This document shows, one piece after another, positions 49,440 through 62,011 of a stretch of 64,000 nt of DNA. Every line of letters begins with the position of its first letter. The first letter of the stretch is position 1. The translations under genes were made by a program, and so were the position numbers. Below the pieces are notes generated by a model, which made no database searches, was not told the DNA's origin, and saw nothing but the letters and a program-made list of their open reading frames with translations. Source of the DNA: Sarea resinae (taxonomy: Eukaryota); the NCBI GenBank assembly GCA_026026165.1, contig JAPEUD010000021.1, positions 124,001-188,000 of the forward strand. The letters are read 5' to 3'.

Positions 49440-52400
49440 ATGGACGGCATTTCTTTTCGAAGGGACTTTAACGGACCCCCTTCAGGATATAGGACTCCTT
49501 CGCCGCCTTTGTCCGCAATCGAATCCCTCTCACCAACCTTTGGGCGGCGAATTGACCCCACTTCGCCCCTCAACGCGGTCGGAGGAACAAGCATCAGTGT
49601 ACGACCGGCTCGTGGGGATGAGACAGAGTCGGAAGATAAATTTGTCGGAATTCGCGGCAACGATGCTGTCAAGAACATACCGGAAGCATCCGCGGGTTAT
49701 GTTGATGGGAGCGATTCGGCGTCAACGATGGACACTTTTGCGACCATCGCCTTAGCCACAAGCCCTGCTTACAGTCCAGCATCTCGAAATTTATCACACA
49801 CGTCGCCTCTTCCCGCCTCCTTCAATGGAGTCTTCGACAGCCGGTACAAATCGCACGAGATACATGGGCGCAACAGAGAGAATCCTAATGAAAGGCCTGC
49901 AAAGCGGGCACGGTCCGAACTTACAACTTTCCCAGAACGTTCCGCCACAACTCAGAGACCAGCTACAAGCCATATTCCGTACCCAACCTTATCTGATACC
50001 TCGTTCCCCGTTAAGGTTGTCGAAAATGGCGGTGATAGACGTAATTCCTACTCTGCATCGATAGATTCTTCCAGTATGAGCACTGACGCCGAACTTCTTC
50101 TCCACCTGGCGAGAGCGACGACCGTCCATTCGCCGTTGGACAGCCGGGGCGGGAATATCTCAGTGCATCGACGCACTGTTGACGCGTGGAAACAAACTGC
50201 ACTGCACTCACTATCGGAGGAGCAGCACACTGGCTTCAGCCAACAGCATTCCGCAGCAAATTTATCACCCTTCAACTCCAAGACCCACGAATCACAAGAC
50301 TATACGCCTCACATCTCAACAGATAAAGCCCGCGAAGCTACGTCTACTATGGTCGATGCTTTGGGAATTGTCCACAGTAACGCATCTAGAATCAACGAAC
50401 AGAGTAGTACTTCGATGACAAGTGCTAGTCGGCCAAATATTGATACAGAGCAAGGCCCCATTTCTCGGCTGGAAGCTATGACTCCTCGGCGCGAAAAGAC
50501 TGGCGACGGTGAAGGTAAAGACGGTGAAACCTACACTTTTCCTGGGACAGCTCAGGATGCAGCTGAAAAGACTGTGGAAGTGGGCGAGAAGGCGAAGAGA
50601 GTGAGCGTACGCGGTCGACCAAGGGGGAGGCCTGCTGGCCAACGATCTGGCCTTTCGAGCGCCAAGAAGGTCAAGTCTGTTGCTTTCGAGGGTCAGCCTT
50701 CACCTAACGGGGTGCGCAATCCACGAAAGGTTGGCAATCGCAATACAAACTTGAAGCCGTCTGCGAATGCCTCCCTTCAAACATCCGAGCTTCATGGAAC
50801 TGAGCCGACCCGTCAAAACTTCTCTATAGTCGTTGAGGAAATGCGAGAATCCGAAGCTAAGGGACGTCGAAAGTCAGTGCCAACTTTCGAGACAATCTCG
50901 AGCGGAGAAAATGGTAGGCCCGCACGCAACAGACCTCGGTCGGCTCCCCCAGATTCATCCATGCCGTATCCGCCATCTCCGTCGACCAATCGAATAAACC
51001 ATAGTTCGCCAACCCAGGCTGCGACTTGTGCTGGTTGCAACATGAGCCGTAACTCACTCAGCGCGGAACCGGAGAGTGACGCAACCTCTTGGATTTCTTG
51101 TGACGGTTGCAAGAGATGGTTTCATTTCGCTTGCGCTGGGTTCAAGAGTGAGCGCGAAGTGAGGAGCGTCGATAAATTCATTTGCAAAGGATGTAAACCA
51201 AAGTTCGGGGCTACCACTTGTAAGTCTTACTCTACTCACAAGGCCGTTAGGCTGCTCACATATGAAGTTGTGCGTAAATCGTCACGGGCTCATTCCACAA
51301 TCGATTATGTCGGGCTAAATGAAGGCATCGTAAAGACCTCCGACGATGATCCTGAACACCATTATATCAAATCGATCAAAGAGGGGACATTCAAATTTCT
51401 CCCGGATAATTTTGCTCGAATGTCTGCCGAGTTAGTTACGGCTGAATTCTTTGAGAAAGGGAATGGCATGAAGGATCCCGTTGTTATACCAGCTTCGCTG
51501 AACCAATCCCCGCCAGACCTGGATCTCAACGGCCACGCTCCTGATATCGAACAAGACTCTCTCAATGGTGATGACATCTATCCAGAAGGTGATGATACAG
51601 ATATCAGCCAGCCTCCGGATCAGACCTATGAATACGTTCCAGACGTGGGACAAGATGGGCTTGACATGGTCGTCCCCCGAGGCTTGACGGTTCGACAAGT
51701 TGCTGAGCTATATGGCCCAAATGAAAAGGTAGAAGTGATTGACGTCAAATCCCAGGAAGGGGAAGGCAAACAATGGAACATGCAAAGATGGGCAGACTAC
51801 TATGAGAGCAAGGGCGAGAAAGTAGTGCGGAACGTAATAAGTCTCGAAGTGTCCTCAAGCCAGCTGGGTCGATTAATCAAGCGTCCAAAGGTTGTGCGAG
51901 ACTTAGATCTCCAGGACTCTGTCTGGCCTAGCGATCTGATCGCCAAAGGCGAATACCCAAAGGTTCAATTTTATTGCCTCATGTCTGTCGCTGACTGCTT
52001 TACCGACTTTCACATTGACTTCGGCGGCTCATCAGTCTACTATCAAGTGCTGAAAGGGAAAAAGACTTTTTTCTTTATCCCGCCAAAGAACAAGCATCTT
52101 AAGAAGTACGAAGAATGGTGTATGTCGCCCGCCCAGAACTGGACATTCCTTCCCGATCAAACAAAAGAGTGCTATCGCGTGGACCTTGATGCGGGGGACA
52201 CTATGCTTATACCGTCGGGTTGGATCCATGCTGTCTGGACTCCTGAAGATAGTTTGGTCATCGGTGGCAATTTTCTTACGAGATTGCATTACGGAATGCA
52301 GATTCGGATTGCCGAGATTGAAAAGAACACGAAAGTGGCAAGGAAATTTCGGTATCCCTATTTCCAGAAAATACTCTGGTACACTGCGATGCGTTATCTC

Positions 52401-55132
52401 GAAGAGGATCCATTACCGCCAACGGTCATCCAGGCTCTCTGCAACGGCCAGAAGTTTTACCGAGATATTCCAGTATATTACGAATTTGACAGTTGGGGTG
52501 CTAATTCCAAATCTGGCGTCGAAAACTACAACCGCCGATATTATTCACAGCTTGAGCTCGAGGGCCTGCCGGACATGGCACGATATCTTCTCAGGACGGC
52601 CTTAATTGCTATGGGATGCATTACCGAGGGCATTACCGTCAGTACCAAGAATGCAGTCATGCGATCTATACCCAAAGGACAAGGTAGCCCTCTTGATGTT
52701 GTCAAGAAATTCGCAATGTGGTCAGCGTGGAAACGCGGCAATGAGCATATTCCACATTGGGCTCATCCAGAGGTAGTACCAGGTGACGCTAATTCTAAAG
52801 CTCAGGATAATGATCAGACTCCATCTACTGTCAAAAAGGCAAAAGAAGTAGATCGTCCTGCCCCCGAACGGCAATCTGCTCGACGGCAATCTCAAATAGA
52901 AGCAGAGCTCCTAAAGCAAACAGAATCCGTGACCAATGAAAGCTCTGGGGTTGAACCTTCGAAGCCGCAAAGTATGGGATCAAAGGATTTGAAGAGCAAA
53001 GTCTCACACAAGCGGAAATCTACAACGGTGGATTCCACGACTCGCAGCGCAAAGACTGCGAAACGCGATGAGAATTCTACCCCTAAGACCCCTTCAATTG
53101 GACCTAGGAAGCTAGCCTGTGATGACTGCCGAAAACGACGCATTCGGTGCAAACACAAGGATGAAGCTGAAATTCCCCCTAAGACAGAAGACCAAGTATT
53201 ATCGAGTGCGACAGTGAACGGCGCCTCGACTTCACGATCGCTAGAAGTCGTCCACAACAATATAGTCGTCAATGGAGAATCCTCTTTAGCGGTCTCCCAG
53301 CCAGATGCCGAGGATGTCAATGGGCTGGATAGCCATGGTGGCGGACGTCCGCATGAACCGGCCTACTCGCCAAACGTGGAACATCTTGGGACCCCGAAAT
53401 TCTTGCTCCAATCGTCCAAGAAGCTGCTTCACAGCCTTCCTCATACGCCCTCTGAACAGCCAAATGTACCGCCTCTTCAAGCAGGTAATTCGCAGCCTAA
53501 TGGCGGAACCTCGAATACGGCAAGGAAGATCAAAGCTTGCAATGATTGTCGTAAGAGCAAGGTTAGTTTTGCATTTGCCCCCAAAATAATGAAAGACATG
53601 CTAAGACTGTTCGACAGCGTCGTTGTGTGCATGATGAGAATGGCAATATTGATCCTCAAAAGGCTGAAGAAGCAGAACTATTGCGCACTTCAGTATCAGC
53701 TAAGCGCCGCCGGGAAAGCGGAGATCTAGGGAAATCACAAAAGGGAAAGAGATCCAAAGAAGCCTCTTTAACTCAACGATCGGCTTCAAAAGTTCGAGCG
53801 CACAATTTTGAGGTTGTAATCGAGAAACGACAATCAGGTCTTGGAAACAATGAAGGCTTAGGGGACTCAAATGCCTCATACGATGGTCCTATAACAATGA
53901 ACAACGAAGATAGTGCAGGAGGTATCGAAGATCGTACGATCATAACCAGCCCTTTGGCAGAAACCGAAAGGACCAAGGGTGAGAATTTAGCCTCACGTTG
54001 CTCTGTTTCGGCCGACGATCTCCGTCTCAATAGGCATAACCTAGTTGCAGATCACGAGCCCCGAATGAAGCCTGCTCTCGAGCCTATAGAGCCGGCTAAA
54101 GAACATGTTGAATCAGTTCAAGAATCCATGGAGCCAGTTCAGGCACCATCAGCAGTGGTCCAGGAGCTCGCTGAGCAAATTCGCGGGCTTAATGAGCCAG
54201 AACAGGAACTCAGTGGGCCAGTCCAAGAGCCTACGGAGTCAAACCAAGAGCCTACTGGGCCAATTCAAGTGTCCACAGAGCCGCTCCAAGGATCGAAGAA
54301 TGAATCACAGCTCGATTTGGCCCCACCCGTGGCGTCCGCTATCCGTGATGCGAAGAACAACCCTTCCAAGGTGGTGCAGCCTAATTCACCCAATTCAGTA
54401 GACTCTCCAGATGAGCTGTCTGGAAGTGCGAGACATGACAGCTCTGAGGATCCCCTGCAGTTGCCGAAGTCGGAGCCAGACTTTTCAAGCGGTGTTTCAG
54501 AGCCACAACCGCGTGCTAGATCTAGCACAGAACAATATCAAGAGACCTCTCCGCCCACCTCTCCCCTCACGGATATAGACTTTATCTCGCCTCCTCCAGA
54601 AGAGGCAGCGGAAACAGTGGACCAGGAGGCTCCCATTCCTTCCGCTAAAACTGCTCGCCAGTCCTCACGCCGCCCCAAGCAGATCATTCGTTATGCAACG
54701 GAGGAGCTACATGGCAGCTACATCCCTAAGCCGCAGCGTCAATCTAGCCCTCGGCAAAACAGTATTACTCCTACAAGCGTCACGAATGGCACAGGCGGCG
54801 GCAAGGGTAGTTCTTCTCCTGACTTACACAACATTAATCCCCTACGTAGTCAACCCAATCCCGCCGCATCTACCGCCAGGACTTATTCTCGCAAGAGCAG
54901 CACCTACAGCCGTAGGTCCGGAAGCGCCGTTCTGAAGACACCTCCAAAGCCTAAGAGGTCTCATCACGCCAAACGCGAGAATCCTGCCAAGACCCCGCAA
55001 CATAGTGACGGGGCCGGCAAAGAAGCTGCGAAAGCCTCTGCCGAGAGTGGCCCTGTAACTGCTGCTGAAGAAGAGAGCCTGAGGCTTGCTAGGGCTATCG
55101 CGGAAGAGGAATTTGGCCTGCGACGGAGGTGA
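49440..55132 (+). CDS. JHD1: PHD-JmjC histone demethylase, Jhd1/KDM2 family (introns 51220-51267, 53562-53617)
   Basis: PHD WISCDGCKRWFHFAC..C..C; JmjC NVISLE, YPKVQFYCLMS, TDFHIDFGG, PSGWIHAV and GGNFL. Confidence 0.9.
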
Positions 55133-56005
55133 TGAATTCAAAGACGGGTGGATGGGTGGAATATGCAGGTCTCCCTGTTGAGTCCGAATAGGCGTATCCT
55201 TTTCTTTTCTCATGATCATCAGCTACGACGGATGTCACAAGGCGTTTTTTTTTTCTACTTCGGATTCCCTCTCATCTGCTCCTACTACCCGCGTCCTACC
55301 TTCTTCTCTTCTCTGCTTGATACATTTTTCCCTTCACGAAGTCTTCGATCCTTGATAATGGCGTCTTTTAGTCTCTTCCCTTAGTTTCCTTTCCCGTAGC
55401 TGGCGTTCTCGTCTCTCCTTTTCCCTTTGCACTTCTACTTTCTCGGATTCTAGCTTCCGTCTGTTGGGGAATCGGGCTCACAATACATTTATGCAACAGG
55501 GAGGGTAGGGGGGGTTTATCTTTTGCTGGGATGGTTGGGTTGGTTAGGAGGGAAGGGATTTCGATGGTAGGCAGGCTGGCGGGTGGGGTAAGCAGGCAGG
55601 CAGCAATGACTCACTCAGTTCTGTTCGTTTTAAATCAGGAGTTTGTTTTTGCATCAATGGTTCTTTTGCTTGTCTTTAGTCTTATGAAATACTACTTATG
55701 GTACTCACTGCTTTGCTTGTTGCAAGTTTGGTTGCTTGCTTCGAATTGCTGGCGACATTCGATTCGGTGCGTAGATGTGTTGGGACTTGAAATGAATTCA
55801 TGAATGCTATATCTAATTTTATGGGGATGAGGATGAGGGTGAGCGCTACATGTGAAAATTGTATTAAGCCTTGGGTGCTTTATTAAGTTTGATTTCACCC
55901 GTAAAGTAATTTATAGTAATTTATATCCACATTATCAGTTGCACAGTTTATGGTCGTCATTATCGTTCTTATCGTCATCATAGTCGTCCTCGTGATGGTT
56001 CCATG

Positions 56006-56938
<933 letters not shown>

Positions 56939-57189
56939 TGTTATCGGTGAGATCTGCTCTTGTACTCGGAGTAGAAGGAAGTTAGGGCTTGATGCTTGGG
57001 CTGATAGTAGGGTACTTTGGTACTTTCTCATGCGGCATTGGAGGCAACGTCATCGCGAGATTTCATGAGTGCCACGGTGAGTCGCAAATCGTACCGCATC
57101 TGGGAATTGGTGGCATGAGTGCAGCATTCGACGTTTTACAGCATTCTTGGGTTTGAAGCGTCGGCTCATTCAGAGAACCCGTCACCACC

Positions 57190-60100
57190 ATGAAGCAGCG
57201 GTTCTCGTCCTTGGACGTGAAAGTGTGCACTCCCTTCTCTTATTGCTTTCACCGGCGCATCGTGGCTAACATCTTCGCCAGGTCATTGCTCACGAGCTGT
57301 CAAACAGTCTCGTCACATTACGTCTCGCAAACATCTATGACCTTTCCTCCGTGCGTGTTCCCGCTGCACTGATATCTTGAAGGCTCTAACACATAGCAGC
57401 GCATCTTTCTCCTCAAGTTCGCCAAGCCGGACAACCGCCAGCAGATGGTAATAGATTCTGGATTTCGCTGCCACCTTACAAGCTTCTCCAGGACCACAGC
57501 TGCGGCGCCTTCGGCATTCGTTGCTCGACTAAGAAAATTCCTGCGGACAAGACGAGTCACATCCGTGAAGCAAATCGGCACAGACCGCATCATTGAAATC
57601 CAGTTCAGTGAGGGGCAGTACAGATTGTACCTGGAGTTCTACGCTGGAGGCAATATCGTGTTGACGGATACTGAGCCCAACGTGCTAGCTCTTCTGAGGG
57701 TCGTTGCGGAAGGACCGGAACATGAACAGCTGAGGGTGGGGGCGAAATACTCTTTAGATCATCGACAGAACTATTCTGGGATACCGCCTTTGACCAAAGA
57801 ACGCGTGAAGGAGGCTTTAGAAAAGGCTGTGGAAAAGCAACAAGAAAATGCCCAGAATACCGCAAAAAAGGCCAAGAAGGGTAAAGGGGATAGCTTGAGA
57901 AAGGCACTCTCGGTGTCCATCACGGAGTATCCGCCAATGCTGATAGAGCATGCCCTTAATATCACCAATTTTGATTTAAGCCTTCCGCCCGACGAGGTTT
58001 TGCAGGATGATGGTCATTTGGAAAAGCTGCTTCTGGCTCTCGAAGAGGCCGATAAAGTGGTCAAGGACATTACCAGCACGGAAATCACTAAAGGGTACAT
58101 CATTGCAAAGCCAGCCCGAAAGAGCCCAAATACCCAGGAAACGGCGCCCATATCTGATGAAAGCCAATCGGCGAACTTGATTTACGACGATTTCCATCCA
58201 TTTAAACCTCGACAATTTGAGAAAGACCCGACGGTGAAAATACTAGAGTTTGATGGATTCAACAAGACGGTAGATGAATTCTTCTCATCTATCGAGGCAC
58301 AGAAACTAGAGTCACGACTGCAAGACCGCGAAGAGACGGCACAGAGGAAATTGGACGCTGCTCGTCAGGACCACGCGAAACGACTAGGTGGACTCCAGCA
58401 AGTACAGCAGCTGAATGTTCAAAAGGCAGAAGCGATCGAGGCAAATCTTGAAAGAGTCGAGGAGGCAATGGCTGCCATCAATGGGCTCATCGCTCAGGGC
58501 ATGGATTGGGTAGAGATTGCACGACTGATTGAGATGGAGCAGGCTCGACATAATCCAGTAGCAGGGATGATCAAGCTGCCTCTCAAATTGTACGAGAATA
58601 CTACCACGCTTTTGCTGGACGCAATGGATTTTGAAGACGAAATTGATTACTCTGGTGACGAGACTGGAAGCGATGTGTCGGACAGCGACGAAGAGGATAA
58701 CAAAAAGAAGTCCCATCCCGAAAAGGCGGAGGACAAACGGCTTGCCGTGGACATTGACCTTGGGCTGTCTCCATGGGCAAACGCTCGACAGTACTACGAT
58801 CAGAAGAAGACAGCGGCCGTCAAAGAACAGAAGACACTCCAATCATCGACCAAGGCATTGAAGAGCACAGAAAGAAAGGTCAACGCGGATCTAAAGAAGG
58901 GCCTCAAGCAAGAAAAGCAAGTCTTGCGACCAGTACGCAGACAATTATGGTTTGAGAAGTTCATGTTCTTTATTTCCTCAGATGGTTATCTTGTTTTAGG
59001 GTAATATATATTCTCCTGTTTGTTCAACACTATCTTAGCTAACATGACCACAGTGGGAAGGATGCTCAGCAGAACGAAATTCTCTATAGACGTTATTTGA
59101 GGAGAGGCGACGTTTACGTGCACGCTGATCTGCACGGAGCGGCTTTGGTGATCATCAAAAATAAACCCACCACTCCCGATGCGCCCATACCACCATCGAC
59201 ATTATCTCAGGCCGGAAACCTCTCTGTCGTCACTTCGAGCGCGTGGGATTCGAAGGCTGTGATGTCGGCTTGGTGGGTCAATTCGGATCAAGTGTCCAAG
59301 AGCGCACCAACCGGAGAGTATCTCACAACTGGAGCTTTCATGATACGTGGAAAGAAGAACTTCCTTCCTCCTGCTCAACTACTGTTGGGCTTTGCTGTTA
59401 TGTTTCAGATTTCCGAAGAGAGCAAAGCGAGACATGTCAAGCATAGGCTTCAGGATGATAGCGTGGCCTTCGGTGCCTCTTCCCAAGAACCTGACGATAA
59501 AGAAGCACCAGCAAAGGGCGCAGGGGAAGACGATCATAATGACGGAGCGTCGGCCAATTCGGATAGTGATGATGAAGACTTCCCGGACGCTAAGATAGAA
59601 TCAGGCTCGGATGGTGGCGATGATTTCCCAGACGCGAAAATAGAATCAGGCTCGGATGACGATGAGGGCTATGACACATCATCCGAAAATATCAATCCGT
59701 TACAGTCCCACGGTAAACCCCTTCTCCCGTCCAGGGAAAGGCAGCTCTCATCCGAAGACCGTCCCAAAGAGAACGATTTAGACACGAAAGATACCGACGA
59801 AGGAGAAGTAGGGCAAGTCACACCGGTCGAATCGAGGGATTTTTCCAAAGATGCCGACCAGGCCAAAGGGAGCAGCGGTGACGGTATTCGTCATCTTTCA
59901 GCAAGAGAGCGCCGGCTCCTACGAAAAGGCCAAAGCACCGGAGATTCCATATTTCTCAATACCGGCAACAACAACGACAATGATATGGATGATGAAGCAG
60001 ACACTTCATCAGCTGTAGGAGGCGACACGTCCGACGCGCCCTCCATGAACCCCAAGGGCAGCAGCAGCACCACCAAAATCTCTACGGCCAACAACAAACC

Positions 60101-60878
60101 CACCCCAAAAGTCCGCGGCAAGCACGGCAAGCAGAAAAAGCTCGCCCTGAAATACGCGGCCCAAGACGAAGAAGACCGTCAACTCGCAATGACTTTGTTG
60201 GGCTCAGCAGCAGCGCAAGAGAAAGCCGCAGCCGATGCCCAGGCCCGCAAGGAAAAAGAAGCCGACCTCGCGTTTCAGAAGGCTCGTCGGCGCGAGCAGC
60301 ATGTGCGCGCCCAAAAAGACGCCAAGCACCATGAGGAAATCCGCAACAATTTGCTGGACGTCGATGCTGGTCTCGTCGAGAGGACAGCTGGCGATGACGG
60401 TAACAATATGCCGGAAGATGTTGAAAAAGCCGTCATGGAAATGTCGACGGATTTGGCGGCGTTCACAGGGGCTCCGCTGCCGGGCGACGAGCTCCTGGCC
60501 GCCGTCCCCGTCTGCGCGCCCTGGGCTGCGCTGCACGCGTACAAATACAAGGCGAAGCTGCAGCCGGGCAGCGTGAAGAAGGGCAAGGCGGTCAAAGAGA
60601 TCTGCGCGCGCTGGGCGACCGATGCGCGGGAGCGAAAGTATGTGGACGAGAGCGCGGCGGACGTCGAGAGGATCTGGCCGCGCGAGGCGGAGCTGGTCGG
60701 CGCTTGGAGGGTCGAGGAGGTCGTCAATGTCGTTCCTGTCTCCAAGGTGCGCTTGCTGATGGGTGGTGGCGGGAGGGGCGGTGGTGCGGCTGGGGGAAAG
60801 ACCGGTGCTGCCGGTGGGGCTGCAGCAAAGGGGAAGGGGAAAGGTCGGGGTGGGAGGGGGAGTAAGCGCCAGAGATAG
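57190..60878 (+). CDS. RQC2: Ribosome quality-control factor Rqc2/Tae2/NEMF (introns 57223-57281, 57351-57396 or 57399, 59001-59053)
   Basis: MKQRFSSLDVK start, DRII, WFEKF..FISSDGYLVLGG.DAQQNE, KSAPTGEYL and PVCAPW..YKYKAKLQPG. Confidence 0.95.
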
Positions 60879-62011
60879 GTAAATATCTCGGTCAGATCCC
60901 AGTTCGTCTCTGCTGCTATACTCCTATCGTACTCAGAAATGCATCTCAAACGCAGACAGTGGGGTATCCCGTCGTCCTTCCCACAATCTGTTTGCAGTAG
61001 CCTTTTACGGTGGAAACTACCCATATACATAGTAATTCTGGTGTGGGGATGTTATTGACTCGATTGCCACAGTACCTTATTCTCGGACGCATTGATCAAA
61101 ACCAAATCAAGAGAGCCAAAGCGACGAGCGGTGCTATTTTCTACTTTTTGAACGGCGGATTGACCGGTGAGATATCTTGTAGATATATTGAAAGAACGAC
61201 ACAGGGAGAGTCGGGAGGGTATTACGTAAGCAGGGTCTCATTTGACGCTGTTCCCAAGGTGGAACATGGTAAACAATGAGATGGCCGTGATCCTTGGCTC
61301 GAGGGCACCTCCGTCCTGGCTCGCTCCCCACTCGCTTGCCTGTAGCATTTCTCATCTATTCGTGAAGCACCGATTCATACTACATGAATGATATTAATTG
61401 TTGGGCGGTCTCTGGATTTGCCCATCTAGCGATCTCGTGCATCCATTTGATGTGCGACCACGGACGTCGTTGATTTGTTGTTTGGGCTCTTCGCCGCTCG
61501 CATCGTCCCCTCGTCACCTCATTGGCGAGCTCCCAGCTGCTAGGATATTAGTCGTCTGCACCTCAGCCCGCCGGCGTTCGACTCGTCGCCCAGCACCACC
61601 ACACTCTTCCCAACCTCCAGCTCGCACAGCTTTCGCTCTTTCGCTCCCACATCCAATCTCGGGCGCCGTGGCAAACATCATCATCATCATCACCATCACC
61701 ATTCACCGTCACTTTCAACTTCACCATCACCCTCACCTCAACCCTATTCCTTCCACTCTCCTCGCCCGCCCAGCTGTCATTTCCTCTGTCCATCTGCGAG
61801 TCTAGATGCTTCAAAAGCGCTTAACGAATAACGACTGGCCCTGCGATACCCATTTAGTGATTCAGCCATGACTTCTTAGCGACTGGGGATCTCGTACCAG
61901 GAATTTCGAAGATTTCTCATCGGAATCTACGACGTATCACAAAAGCAATTGAATTGAAAATCGCATATCACTCCAACCTGTCTAGGATAGTTCTGCTTCC
62001 TGTCGGCCACG

